Of a stretch of 64,000 nucleotides of DNA, positions 29,516 to 41,419 are shown in pieces. The stretch is from Deinococcus sp. (GTDB lineage: Bacteria > Deinococcota > Deinococci > Deinococcales > Deinococcaceae), in NCBI GenBank assembly GCA_965261005.1, contig OZ253375.1:256001-320000 (forward strand), in the 5' to 3' direction. The position numbers were made by a program, and so were the translations under genes. Below the pieces are notes generated by a model. It was not told the DNA's origin. It made no database searches and worked only from the letters and a program-made list of their open reading frames with translations. Within the stretch, counting starts at the first letter, position 1. Each line of letters starts with the position of its first letter.

Positions 29516-29965
29516 TCAAAACCCCAGCTGGGCGCGCCCCTCTTGCAAATCGGCCAGCTTTTCGGGCGTCCAGACCTCATGGTGGTACATGGGGTACTGC
29601 TTTTTGAAGCGGCCCAGCTTGTCCCACGCCTCGCGCGATTCTCTGGCGACCACCAGAATCAGGCGGATGACCGCCTCCTGGTTGTCGTAGATATAAAAGT
29701 CGAAGGCAAAGCTCTGCTCGCTCCCCTTGTCGGTGAACAGCGGAAAGGTGAAGGGGCGGTAGCGCCACAACTTCCTCTTGCCCTCCAGAATGCCCGCCGC
29801 GACCCGGCGCAGCTCGCTGTCGGGAAAGCTGACGGGCTGGCCGTCGCGGTCGCGGAAGACCTTGTCCGGCGTCGGGACGTTCAGCTTGGGCGCGCTTCGT
29901 GGGCGCGCGGAACGCCTGGCCGGGCCGGATGTTCTCGGCTTGTCTGCGGGCTTGGAACGGTTCAT
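29516..29965 (-). CDS. Hypothetical protein
   Basis: 149-aa ORF with a TAGACT -10 box 6 nt before the ATG. Confidence 0.7.
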   Translation of the reverse strand: MNRSKPADKPRTSGPARRSARPRSAPKLNVPTPDKVFRDRDGQPVSFPDSELRRVAAGILEGKRKLWRYRPFTFPLFTDKGSEQSFAFDFYIYDNQEAVIRLILVVARESREAWDKLGRFKKQYPMYHHEVWTPEKLADLQEGRAQLGF

Positions 29966-30021
29966 CCCGGCAGTCTAACAGGCCTAAAACTCGCTACAAT
30001 TCCCCCATTCAGGAGGAGCGA

Positions 30022-31233
30022 ATGTCTAGAGTCATGATCATTGGTGCGGGCGGCGTGGGCAACGTCGTCGCCAAGAAGTGCGCCCAGAACGACGCCGTTT
30101 TTACAGAAGTGCTGCTCGCCAGCCGCACGGTCAGCAAGTGCGACAAGATCGTGGCCGAGATCGGGGAGCACTTTCCGGACAGCAAAACCCAATTCACGAC
30201 CGCGCGGGTGGACGCCGACAACGTGCCCGAGCTGGTCGAGCTTATACGCGCTTACCAACCCGAGCTGGTCATCAACGTGGCGCTGCCGTACCAAGATTTG
30301 CCCATCATGGACGCCTGCCTCCAGGCGGGGGTCCACTACCTCGACACCGCCAACTACGAGCCGCGTGACGTCGCCAAGTTCGAGTATTCCTGGCAATGGG
30401 CCTACCAGGAGCGCTTCCGGGAAAAGGGCCTGATGGCGCTGCTGGGCTGCGGCTTCGATCCCGGCGCCACCAACGTCTTCACCGCCCACCACGCCAAGCA
30501 CCACTTCGACGAATTGCGCGAGATTGACATCGTGGACTGCAACAACGGCAACCACGGCCGCGCCTTTGCCACCAACTTCAACCCCGAGATCAACATCCGC
30601 GAGATCAGCGCCCCCGGCCGCTTTTACGAGGGTGGGCAGTGGGTGGAAACGTTGCCGCTGGAAATCGAGCAGGACATCTACTACCCGCGCGTGGCGACCC
30701 GCAAGAGTTACCTGCTCTACCACGAGGAACTCGAAAGCCTGGTGCTGAACTTCCCGACCATCAAGCGGGCGCGCTTCTGGATGACCTTCAGCGAGACCTA
30801 CATCAAGTACCTGAGCGTGCTGCAAGAGGTGGGCATGACCTCGATTACGCCGGTCCCCTTTAAGGGGCAGGACATCATCCCGCTGGAGTTTCTCAAGGCG
30901 GTGCTGCCGGCGCCCGAGTCCCTCGCCGAGAACTACACCGGCCAAACCTGCATCGGCGTGCAGGCGCGTGGTTTAAAAAACGGCGAGAGCAAGGTCCACT
31001 TCGTCTACAACGTCTGCGACCACGCCGAGACCTACCGCGAGGTGCAGGCCCAGGCGGTCAGCTACACGACCGGGGTGCCCGCCATGATCGGCGCCATGCT
31101 GATGTTGCAGGGCACGTGGAAAGGGGAGGGCGTCTTCAACGTCGAGCAATTCGACCCCGACCCTTTCATCGCCGCCATGAACCGCTGGGGCCTGCCGGTG
31201 GAGGAGTTGCCGGGAACGGAATTGGTGAAGTGA
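30022..31233 (+). CDS. Saccharopine dehydrogenase family / carboxy(nor)spermidine dehydrogenase
   Basis: GAGGVG, YLDTANYEP, GCGFDPG, FATNFNPEINIRE, AVSYTTGVPA. Confidence 0.92.
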   Translation: MSRVMIIGAGGVGNVVAKKCAQNDAVFTEVLLASRTVSKCDKIVAEIGEHFPDSKTQFTTARVDADNVPELVELIRAYQPELVINVALPYQDLPIMDACLQAGVHYLDTANYEPRDVAKFEYSWQWAYQERFREKGLMALLGCGFDPGATNVFTAHHAKHHFDELREIDIVDCNNGNHGRAFATNFNPEINIREISAPGRFYEGGQWVETLPLEIEQDIYYPRVATRKSYLLYHEELESLVLNFPTIKRARFWMTFSETYIKYLSVLQEVGMTSITPVPFKGQDIIPLEFLKAVLPAPESLAENYTGQTCIGVQARGLKNGESKVHFVYNVCDHAETYREVQAQAVSYTTGVPAMIGAMLMLQGTWKGEGVFNVEQFDPDPFIAAMNRWGLPVEELPGTELVK

Positions 31234-31261
31234 CCTACCAACGGATGAATCTGTTGGCTTT

Positions 31262-32383
<1,122 letters not shown>

Positions 32384-32782
32384 TCAGTCCCTCGTCTTCT
32401 GTTCTGCGATGTACCGCTTGACCGTTTCGGCACTGACATTGCCCGCCGTCGAAACCCAGTACGAACGGGTCCACAGCGACGGGAGGGTGAGCAACTGCGG
32501 GAACTCCTTGCGGAGCATCCGCGACGTGTAGCCCTTGAGCGCGTGCATCACCTGCGTTGGGGCGGTGTCCGGGTCCGGGGCGATGAACAGGTGGACGTGA
32601 TCGGGCATGATTTCCAGCGCCACGATCTGCCATTCCAGTTCCGCGCACTTCTCTTCCAGCAACGCCTTCAACCGCTCGGCAACCGCGCCCACCAAGACCT
32701 TCCGACGCCGCTTCGGGCACCAGACGAAGTGATACCGCAGCAGCGATACAGAGGTGTTGCGATGTTGATACGGCGATTCCAT
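32384..32782 (-). CDS. tnpA: Y1 HUH transposase TnpA
   Basis: YHFVWCPKRR, MPDHVHL, LWTRSY, YIAEQ. Confidence 0.96.
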   Translation of the reverse strand: MESPYQHRNTSVSLLRYHFVWCPKRRRKVLVGAVAERLKALLEEKCAELEWQIVALEIMPDHVHLFIAPDPDTAPTQVMHALKGYTSRMLRKEFPQLLTLPSLWTRSYWVSTAGNVSAETVKRYIAEQKTRD

Positions 32783-32871
32783 AACCACATTGTAGCGGTG
32801 AGGCGTGTTGATTGCAATCATGCGCCAACACAGGCGGCGCTTTCGATTTGGCGCTCAGCATCAGCACCGCC

Positions 32872-33672
32872 TCACTTCGTTCGGCCTGGCGTCGGGGCGC
32901 CCCGAGCCGTTGGGGCTATCCATCCCAGGGCTAAAGCCGCTGGGCTTTCCGCCCCAGACCCCTTCTCTGTAAGGTCGCGCCCCAACCCCGCCAACAGCTT
33001 CGCCCGCGCCAGCACGGCCGCGAACATCTGCGGCGTGAGTCTCCCGGTCTGGGTGTTTTGCTGGGAGACGTGGTAGCTGCTGAGCAGCCAGGTGCCGTCC
33101 GGCAGGGCGTGCTCGGCGCCGTGGGCGAAGGGGTAGGCGCGCGGCCTCAGGTTCAGAAAGCGCAAAAAGGCTTCGTGCGCGATGCGGCCGAGGGCCAGCG
33201 TCACGCGGCGCTCAGCCAGCAAGTCCAACTCGGCCGAGAACCAGGCCGCGCAGGTCGCGAGTTCGGCGGGCAGCGGCTGGTTGGCCGGGGGGGCGCAGCG
33301 CACCGGCGCCGTGATCCGCACGCCGGAGAGCGCAAGCCCGTCGCCGCGCCGCCAACTCTCCGGCTGGCTGGCGAGGCCCGCCGCGTAGAGGGCGCCGTAC
33401 AGGAAGTCGCCGCTTTTGTCCCCGGTGAACATCCGCCCGGTGCGGTTGCCGCCGTGCGCGCTGGGCGCCAGGCCGACGATGACGAGGCTGGCCTGGGGAT
33501 CGCCGAAACCCGGCAGCGGCCTGCCCCAGTAGATCTCATGGCGGTAGGCCGCGCGCTTGACCAGGGCGGTCTCCTCGCGCCACGCGACCAGGCGCGGGCA
33601 TAGGGCGCAGCCCGTCACCTCGCGGTCGAGGTCGGCCAGATTCGTGAACGGGGCAGGCACTCCCGTGAACAT
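32872..33672 (-). CDS. Uracil-DNA glycosylase, family 5 (UdgB-like, 4Fe-4S); C-terminus runs into the IS end
   Basis: CALCPRL, GLAPSAHGGNRTGRMFTGD, RCAPPAN, SYHVSQQNT. Confidence 0.9.
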   Translation of the reverse strand: MFTGVPAPFTNLADLDREVTGCALCPRLVAWREETALVKRAAYRHEIYWGRPLPGFGDPQASLVIVGLAPSAHGGNRTGRMFTGDKSGDFLYGALYAAGLASQPESWRRGDGLALSGVRITAPVRCAPPANQPLPAELATCAAWFSAELDLLAERRVTLALGRIAHEAFLRFLNLRPRAYPFAHGAEHALPDGTWLLSSYHVSQQNTQTGRLTPQMFAAVLARAKLLAGLGRDLTEKGSGAESPAALALGWIAPTARGAPTPGRTK

Positions 33673-33816
33673 AGCAAAGGTTTTCGCCAGGCGCCCTGTC
33701 AGAAGCGGGAACGAGGGTCGCCATCAACCAAGGGGGCCAGGCGGCGCTCAAAAAGCTGTGAATAAGGGCGGGGAAGCTTGGCCTCCCCGCCCCCTTTTTT
33801 CTCTTCTCTTTTTTTC

Positions 33817-34569
33817 TTATCTGCCGACGGCGTTCAGGGTGGCCGTCTTGGCGCCGCAGGTCACGCTCACCTTGTTGCCCACCGGCTCGGCCACCGTGCA
33901 GCCGAGGTTGCGCAGCATCACCACCGGCACGTACAGTTGCCCCCCCTGCGCGTAGGGCGCGCCCGGCAATTGCAGCGAGGTGCCGTTCAGGCGCGCCGCG
34001 CGGTTGCCGGCCGTCACGACCGCGCTTTGTCCCAGGCGCGTGAACGTGCCCACGGTGTCGGCCGCCTGCACGGTCAGCAAGCTCTTCAGGTCGCTGGCCG
34101 CCACAAAAGCGATCTTGGTTGAGGTGCTGCCGGCGACGCTGCTGGCCGGCGCGTCAATCACGGCCAAAACGCTGCCAGAGTTGGCCTGGGCCAGCAGGAC
34201 GTAGGTGATGTCCTCGCCGGACTTGAACAGCAAGGAGGCGTTCTTGCTGCCGGCGCGCGTCTTCCAGTCCTCGATCACCCGCTCGCCGAGCCTCGCCTTG
34301 ACCCGGGGCTTGAAGCCGTCTACCGTCCCGCTCGCGAACAGACACACCGCCTGGTCGGAGATGCGCAGGCCGCTGGGGCAGTTGATGACGCGCCCGCCGA
34401 TGGCGCTGCTCAGCTCGACGGCGGCGGCGGCGGCGGCCCCGGTCGGCACGGCGGTGCCGGGGGCTGCGGTGCTGGGCGCTGGGACCTGGGTCGTACCTTG
34501 GGCGGCGGCGGAAACGGCGAGGGCCAGCAGCCCCAAAGCGGCGGCGCGGCGAGCAATCGAGAACGGCAT
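33817..34569 (-). CDS. Exported hypothetical protein with a C-terminal copper-amine-oxidase N-terminal-like (stalk) segment
   Basis: Signal peptide; LNG..LPGAPYAQGGQLYVP..LRNLG pattern. Confidence 0.65.
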   Translation of the reverse strand: MPFSIARRAAALGLLALAVSAAAQGTTQVPAPSTAAPGTAVPTGAAAAAAVELSSAIGGRVINCPSGLRISDQAVCLFASGTVDGFKPRVKARLGERVIEDWKTRAGSKNASLLFKSGEDITYVLLAQANSGSVLAVIDAPASSVAGSTSTKIAFVAASDLKSLLTVQAADTVGTFTRLGQSAVVTAGNRAARLNGTSLQLPGAPYAQGGQLYVPVVMLRNLGCTVAEPVGNKVSVTCGAKTATLNAVGR

Positions 34570-34665
34570 GGCGCCCATCTTACGCCAAAACCCATGAGGG
34601 CCTGCTCAGGATTGGCTGAGCCGGGGTGGAAGGATTTCAGCTCGGCGCCAGCTCTGCCATGCTGA

Positions 34666-34953
34666 GCGCATGTCGCTCTTCTGTGGTGGGCGCAGGACAT
34701 CCTGATTCGGCTCGCCCAGCTGAACGAGGGCGCCCTAAAGCACTGGCAAAGCGAGGAAAAGGGCTTGGAAGGGGAGGTCAGTTCGGCGGCCTACGCGCGC
34801 TACGCGGCCTGTACCGGCGGGCTGGACGATGTGGAGCGCTGCTACGTGAACGCCTGGGTCTGGGCGTTGGAGTTGGCGGGCCGTTTGGAACTGGACTGGC
34901 GCGCCCCCGTCGTCGCGGCGCTGGAGGCGCGCTTTCGGTCGCTTCTCGCTTGA
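34666..34953 (+). pseudogene. C-terminal relic of a lincosamide nucleotidyltransferase-like (LnuB/LnuF) gene
   Basis: Open frame without a good start encoding LIRLAQLNEGALKHWQSEEKGLEGEVSSAAYARYAACTGGLD, which resembles the Lnu C-terminal helical domain as recalled. Confidence 0.45.
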
Positions 34954-34957
34954 CGGC

Positions 34958-35058
34958 TGCTATACTTTTCATATGTTCGCCCTCCGCTGTCGCACCCCCT
35001 AGCGGAGGCCGTGTTTCGCCGCCGCGTGAGCCTTTTCGCTTGCGCGGCCTTTTCTTTT
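34958..35058 (+). promoter_or_regulatory. Putative cysS attenuator: extended -10, leaderless uORF (34973-35002, MFALRCRTP) and 1:2 / 2:3 / 3:4 hairpins
   Basis: TGcTATACT 6 nt before the ATG; CCTCCGCT/AGCGGAGG pairing; GCGGAGGC/GCCGCCGC antiterminator; GCCGCGTGAGC/GCTTGCGCGGC hairpin with U-tract. Confidence 0.7.
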
Positions 35059-35099
35059 AGAGACACTTCTTTTGGAGCCACCTTGTTTTGGGAGACCCT

Positions 35100-36542
<1,443 letters not shown>

Positions 36543-36546
36543 AGCT

Positions 36547-37449
36547 TCAGGAAGCTGCCGCCCGCAGGTAGTGTGCCCAATAGCCTTGCCACGGCCCATA
36601 GCGTTCCGCGACCGCACGCAGTTCCTCGAAGCTGATGTCGCCGTACACGCCTTCGGCGGCCCGCAGCAGCTCGCGGGCGAAGACGCCGTCCCCGTCGCTT
36701 GGAAAGGTGCGCTCCATGCGGCCCAGGCCGCGCAGCAGCACAAAGGCCGCCGACCATTCCCCCACGCCGCGAATCCCGAGCAGCCACGCTTTCACCTCGT
36801 CATACGGCGCGTCGCGCAGCCAGCCCTCGTTCACCTCCTGGAAGGCGCGCACGACCGCTGCCAGATACTCGCCCTTGCGGGCGTTGCCCAGCAGCTCACC
36901 TAACTTGCCCACGTCTCCGAAGTCCGCCGGCTCGGGAAAGGCCCATAGCACCCCTCGTGGTGTTTGGACCGAGCCGCCGAAGGTCTCGGTCAGGCGCCGC
37001 TTGAGCTGCCGTGCGGCGGCCGGGGGCGCGCGCTGGGTCAGCACCGCCCAACAAGCGTTCTCGAAGGGGGTGGGAAACTTCACCTGGTGGTAGCCGTACA
37101 GCTTCCGCACGACCCGTTCAAAGGGCGGGTCCCCTTCGGCCAACGTGTAAAACGGCCGCAGATCGTCGTCGAGGCTCAGGAAGAAGCGCGTCCGGTCGAG
37201 CGCGGCCTGCTCGGTGTCAGGTGTCAGGGCGGACTCAGCGTGCAGGTCGCAGGTCAGCTCGGGCCGCTCCGGCGTGCCGCCCGGGCGCAGCGTGAGCGCG
37301 ACGGTGGCGCCCGACACCCGCACGGCCCTCGTCAGGGTCTGGCCCAATACGCCTTGCTCGCCTTGCAGGGGCGTGAAGTTCCCGACGAAGTTCAGGCTCC
37401 GGGCGAAGTCGAAGGGCGGTGTGGGAAAGAGGCGCTGCTGGGTCGCCAT
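36547..37449 (-). CDS. DNA-3-methyladenine glycosylase II (AlkA family)
   Basis: PFENACWAVLTQ, FPEP, HhH motif LLGIRGVGEWSA, FPSD. Confidence 0.88.
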   Translation of the reverse strand: MATQQRLFPTPPFDFARSLNFVGNFTPLQGEQGVLGQTLTRAVRVSGATVALTLRPGGTPERPELTCDLHAESALTPDTEQAALDRTRFFLSLDDDLRPFYTLAEGDPPFERVVRKLYGYHQVKFPTPFENACWAVLTQRAPPAAARQLKRRLTETFGGSVQTPRGVLWAFPEPADFGDVGKLGELLGNARKGEYLAAVVRAFQEVNEGWLRDAPYDEVKAWLLGIRGVGEWSAAFVLLRGLGRMERTFPSDGDGVFARELLRAAEGVYGDISFEELRAVAERYGPWQGYWAHYLRAAAS

Positions 37450-37450
37450 T

Positions 37451-37810
37451 TCAAACCTCATAAAAGGTCAATTGGTAGCCGTCCGGGTCGCGCAGCGTGA
37501 ACATGCGCCCGAAGGGGCCGGGCGCCGGCGGTGAGATGACCTGGGCGCCGCCCGCCGCCATGCGCGCGTGCGCGGCGTCCGCGTCCGGGACGGCGAACCA
37601 CAGCCCCACGCCGACGCCGAGATGCTGACTGGTGTCGGTCTGCGCGAAGGGTTCGCGAATGGCGAAGACGGCCCCCGCCCCCTCCCGAAAGACGGCGGCG
37701 CCCGGACGCCCCGGGGCGGCTACCTCCCAACCGATCACGTCCGTATAGAACTTCCTCGAAGCCTCCAGATCCCGCACCTGCACCGAAGCGAACCCCAAGT
37801 TGGTCTGCAT
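37451..37810 (-). CDS. VOC/glyoxalase/bleomycin-resistance family protein
   Basis: VRDLEASRKFYTDVIG and PFGRMFTLRDPDGY motifs; GGAGG RBS before the ATG at 37810. Confidence 0.9.
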   Translation of the reverse strand: MQTNLGFASVQVRDLEASRKFYTDVIGWEVAAPGRPGAAVFREGAGAVFAIREPFAQTDTSQHLGVGVGLWFAVPDADAAHARMAAGGAQVISPPAPGPFGRMFTLRDPDGYQLTFYEV

Positions 37811-37829
37811 CCCGTTGACCTCCGACCTC

Positions 37830-37862
37830 AGTCTGAGCGCGGCGAGTGACAGCGTCCTGTCA
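37830..37862 (-). promoter_or_regulatory. Putative WYL-regulator operator/promoter
   Basis: Palindrome TGACAG-cgtc-CTGTCA; minus strand reads TGTCAC-N10-CAGACT. Confidence 0.55.
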
Positions 37863-38798
37863 GCAGCCCTCGGAATGGCGCGCGAGCAGGGCCGCCGCCT
37901 CGGCGCGCAGCCGCGTTCGCAACTCCGGCGGCTCCAGCACCCGCACGGCGCCGCCCCAGGAGAGCAGCCACGGCAGCGCGTCCAACACCGTGCGAACGCG
38001 CAGGGTGACCAGCAAGCCCTCCGGCGTGTCCCGCCGGTCCGCCGTGAAGAAGGAAGGTCGCTGCCGAACTTGGCGCGCCACCTGAGTGTCAAACAGCGCC
38101 CGCACGGTCAGGTGACGTTCCTCGCGCGCCTCGTCGCGTGCCAGCTTGAAGCTGGGCTGGCGCACGAACGTCTCGCCGGTGGGGCGCAGCCCCTCCATCC
38201 GGTCCAGCCGGAAAGTGCGGAAGTCCCCGCGCGCCGGGTCAAAGGCGGCCAGCAGCCAAGTGGTGTTCAGACGAAACAGCCCGTGCGGCTCCACCCAGCG
38301 CGTCTCGGCGCCGCCGGCATCCCTCTTGTGGTACTCGAACGCGACGGCGCGCCGCCCGGCGATGGCCGCGCGCAAGGCGCGCAGGTGGGCGGGCGGCGCC
38401 GTTTCCGAACCGGTCTGCACCAGCTTGAGGGTGTCCCGCAAAAAAGCGACCTCGTCCTGCGTCCCCCGGTCCAGCACCGCGCCGATCTTGCGCGCGGCCT
38501 GACCCGCCGCTTCCGCCAACTCCGCGTCGAGGGCGCGCGCCACAAGGTCGCCGCCCAGCAGCAGCGTCACTGCTTCCTGAGCGCTGAAGCGCAGCGGCGG
38601 CAAAAAATAGCCGTCCATCAGGCTGTAGCCGTGTCCGGGCACGCTGACGATGGGCACGCCCGCCCCGTTGAGCGCCAGCACGTCGCGGTAGATGGTGCGC
38701 TTGGAGACTTCAAACTGCCGCGCCAAGTCCTCGGCGCGCGCCCGGCCCCGCCCTTGCAGTTCGAGGACGATGGCGAGCAGGCGGTCGGTGCGGTTCAC
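37860..38798 (-). CDS. YafY-family HTH-WYL transcriptional regulator
   Basis: MNRTDRLLAI, VSKRTIYRD, GYFLPPLRF, RTFRLDRM, VLEPPELR. Confidence 0.93.
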   Translation of the reverse strand: MNRTDRLLAIVLELQGRGRARAEDLARQFEVSKRTIYRDVLALNGAGVPIVSVPGHGYSLMDGYFLPPLRFSAQEAVTLLLGGDLVARALDAELAEAAGQAARKIGAVLDRGTQDEVAFLRDTLKLVQTGSETAPPAHLRALRAAIAGRRAVAFEYHKRDAGGAETRWVEPHGLFRLNTTWLLAAFDPARGDFRTFRLDRMEGLRPTGETFVRQPSFKLARDEAREERHLTVRALFDTQVARQVRQRPSFFTADRRDTPEGLLVTLRVRTVLDALPWLLSWGGAVRVLEPPELRTRLRAEAAALLARHSEGC

Positions 38799-38808
38799 GT
38801 GCCCCGCT

Positions 38809-39276
38809 TCAGCCGCTGCCGGGAAAGACCGTCACGTAGGCCGCCATGTAGGCGACGCCGTACAGAAACAGCGTGATCACCGGCATCAGGCGCAGCACCC
38901 TGTTCGGCGCGCCGAAGCGGCCCGCCAACAGCAATTCCGCCGCCACCAAGCTCACGATCACGAAAAAGGCGTACATCAGGTGTTCCCACTGCCGCGCCGG
39001 GTAGGGGGCGTAGTTGTAGATGGTGAGCTGGCTGCCGGGGGCGGCCACGGCGCTGGGCACCTGGCCGCCTGAGAGCAGCAGGATCAGTCCCGTGACGGTG
39101 TTGAGCGCCAGCCAGCCCCAAGTCAGGCGCACAAAGACGTGAAAGGTCGGGATGGGCCGCGGCCGGACCAAAAAGATCAGGCTCCACACAAAGAGGATCA
39201 GCGTGAGCAGGGTGGTGACCGTCGGCGCCAGCGGAATGGGCAGCGAGGCGGCGTGCAGGTACCTGAGCGCGTTCAT
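38809..39276 (-). CDS. Hypothetical membrane protein
   Basis: Four hydrophobic segments; TAGCGT -10 box 6 nt before the ATG. Confidence 0.7.
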   Translation of the reverse strand: MNALRYLHAASLPIPLAPTVTTLLTLILFVWSLIFLVRPRPIPTFHVFVRLTWGWLALNTVTGLILLLSGGQVPSAVAAPGSQLTIYNYAPYPARQWEHLMYAFFVIVSLVAAELLLAGRFGAPNRVLRLMPVITLFLYGVAYMAAYVTVFPGSG

Positions 39277-39305
39277 GCGCCCACGCTAAAGCATTTGCCC
39301 TCGGC

Positions 39306-41375
39306 TCAGCGCGCCACGCCGCGCCGAAAGCGCTCCAGCGACGCCTTGTCCTGAATCAGCAGCAGGTAGTCGCCGCCCGCCGCGCTCAGGGCCAGCATCA
39401 CCGACAGGGGCAGCGCCTCGCCCGCCGTCCAGGCCCGGCTGATGTGCGTCAACCGCAGCTCCGGCGGCAAGGCCAGCAGCCGCAACACGCCCGGCTCGCG
39501 CCTCACGCTCAGGCCGTTCAGGCCCGGCACGCCGAAGATGGCCCCCAAGTCCGCCTGTCCCAGCGGCAACTCGCGCTCGTCACGCCCGTTCGGCCCGCCC
39601 ACCCCCGGCCCGCTCAACGTAACCAGGACGTCAATCGGGGGCGCCTGGGGTTCCTCCACGCGCGGCGCAATGACGATCTCGGGCGGCGGCTCGACCAAAG
39701 CGTAGCGCTGGTTCACGCTCAGGGTGCCGCCCGGCGTCATCAGGTCGCCGGCGTGTTCCAGGCGCACGCGCGCGGGCTGGGCGTTCAGGCGGGTGACGCG
39801 CCAAGTGAGTTCGCGCAGCGACTCGGGGTCGCGCTCCTTGTCCCGGGGCGGGCGGTAGCGCTCCAGCACGAGGCCCGACAGGGCCGGCGCGCGAAACAGC
39901 TTGCCCACGTCCAGCCGCCGCCCGCGCATCAGGTTGCTGGCCTTGGTGTCGCCGTCGCCGTGCAGGTGGACGCGGAAGTGGTCCACCGACAGGGCCAGCG
40001 GCGCGAAGGTCGCCCTGGCCGGCCGCGGGCGGCGCAGCCACAGCGCGAGGAGCAGCAGCGCGATTAAAAGGCCCGGCAGCGCCCACACCCACCACCCCAG
40101 CGGCGCCTTTCCGAGGCCCCGAATGGCCGGCAGCGCCACCGGCGTGCCGTCGCCGAGCTGCAAGGACGGCAGGCTCTTGGCGCCGGGGGGCAGCGTCAGG
40201 TTGGTCACGCTGACGGGGACCACCTGGCCCTTCTTGAGGGTCAGCTGCGGGCTGTTGTCCGGCAAGGCCACCCGGACGCTCTCCTCCGCGTCGCCGAGCT
40301 GCACGGTCAGCGGCGCGCTGGCGCGGTAGCGAAAGGTCAGCTGTTCGTCCGGGCGCAACGGGCGGTTGTCCTGCGGGTTCAGCAGTGCCAGCAAAACGGG
40401 TGGCTTCAAAATGGGGGGGAGGATCTGCCCCACGCCGCCCACGCCGCCCACGCCGGCCGCCCCTGGAAAGCGCAGCAGCACGTTTTGCCGCAGCCGCGAG
40501 GTCTGCACGCACAGCAGCGCCTCGCTGCCGGCCTGGACCTTTCCCTTCAGCTCAAGCCGTCCGGGCGCGGCGCCCAGCGCGACCGGACCGCCGCGCACGC
40601 CCGAGGTGTCGAGCTTGAGGGCGGCGCCCCTCGGCGCGGCCAACGGAAAGCGCCCGGCCGCGTCCACGTCCACCAAGGCCGGCGCGTAGGTGAGCGCGTT
40701 CAGGTTGGGCGCGCTGCCCACCGGCACCTCGACGGCCCGCGCAAAGCTCAGCCCCGCGAACCGCGCCTTGACGTTTTGCGGAATGGTCGCGCCCAGGGCG
40801 ATGTAGTAGAGCTTGTCAAAGGGGCCACGGCTCTTTTCAAAGGCGTTCAGGGCGGTGGTGATGGTGTACCCCCGGTCGGGGTCGTTGTTCTGGCCGTCGG
40901 TGATCACGTAGGCGGTGGTCGCCGCGTCCGGCCGCCTCGGCAAGCGCGCAAACACGCTCGTCATCGAGCGGTACAGGTAGGTGTTGGCACCGTTCGCCTG
41001 AAACGCGTTCAGCGTGCGGGCGGCGGCGGCGCGATTCTGCGGCCAGTCGAAGCGGGCGCGCTCCTTGGGGCCGGCGTCAAAGGTGGTGAGTTCGACGCTG
41101 CCGGCCGTCTTGGTGTTGTCCAGCAGTTCCTTGAGCCGTTCACGCATCGGCCCGAAAATCTTCGCCCGGCCGTCGCCCCGCCCCTCCATCGAACCCGAGG
41201 TGTCGAGCAGGACCACCACCCGAACCTGCGAGGGGAGCGTGGCGACCGGCAGGGTGCATTGGCCTTGGGCGGACTGGCCCTGGGTAGACTGGTCCTGTGT
41301 GGATTGAGCCTGGGCGGCGGTGGCGGAAACGAGCGCCGCGCCGGCGAGGAGGACGAGATGACGTGCGAAATTCAT
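39306..41375 (-). CDS. vWA-domain single-pass membrane protein
   Basis: Signal peptide, MIDAS DTSGS..T..ITDG, central TM WWVWALPGLLIALLLLALWL. Confidence 0.82.
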   Translation of the reverse strand: MNFARHLVLLAGAALVSATAAQAQSTQDQSTQGQSAQGQCTLPVATLPSQVRVVVLLDTSGSMEGRGDGRAKIFGPMRERLKELLDNTKTAGSVELTTFDAGPKERARFDWPQNRAAAARTLNAFQANGANTYLYRSMTSVFARLPRRPDAATTAYVITDGQNNDPDRGYTITTALNAFEKSRGPFDKLYYIALGATIPQNVKARFAGLSFARAVEVPVGSAPNLNALTYAPALVDVDAAGRFPLAAPRGAALKLDTSGVRGGPVALGAAPGRLELKGKVQAGSEALLCVQTSRLRQNVLLRFPGAAGVGGVGGVGQILPPILKPPVLLALLNPQDNRPLRPDEQLTFRYRASAPLTVQLGDAEESVRVALPDNSPQLTLKKGQVVPVSVTNLTLPPGAKSLPSLQLGDGTPVALPAIRGLGKAPLGWWVWALPGLLIALLLLALWLRRPRPARATFAPLALSVDHFRVHLHGDGDTKASNLMRGRRLDVGKLFRAPALSGLVLERYRPPRDKERDPESLRELTWRVTRLNAQPARVRLEHAGDLMTPGGTLSVNQRYALVEPPPEIVIAPRVEEPQAPPIDVLVTLSGPGVGGPNGRDERELPLGQADLGAIFGVPGLNGLSVRREPGVLRLLALPPELRLTHISRAWTAGEALPLSVMLALSAAGGDYLLLIQDKASLERFRRGVAR

Positions 41376-41419
41376 ACGCTAGACCTAGTGTAGGGGTTGG
41401 TAAACGGGTGAAGGTCGTC

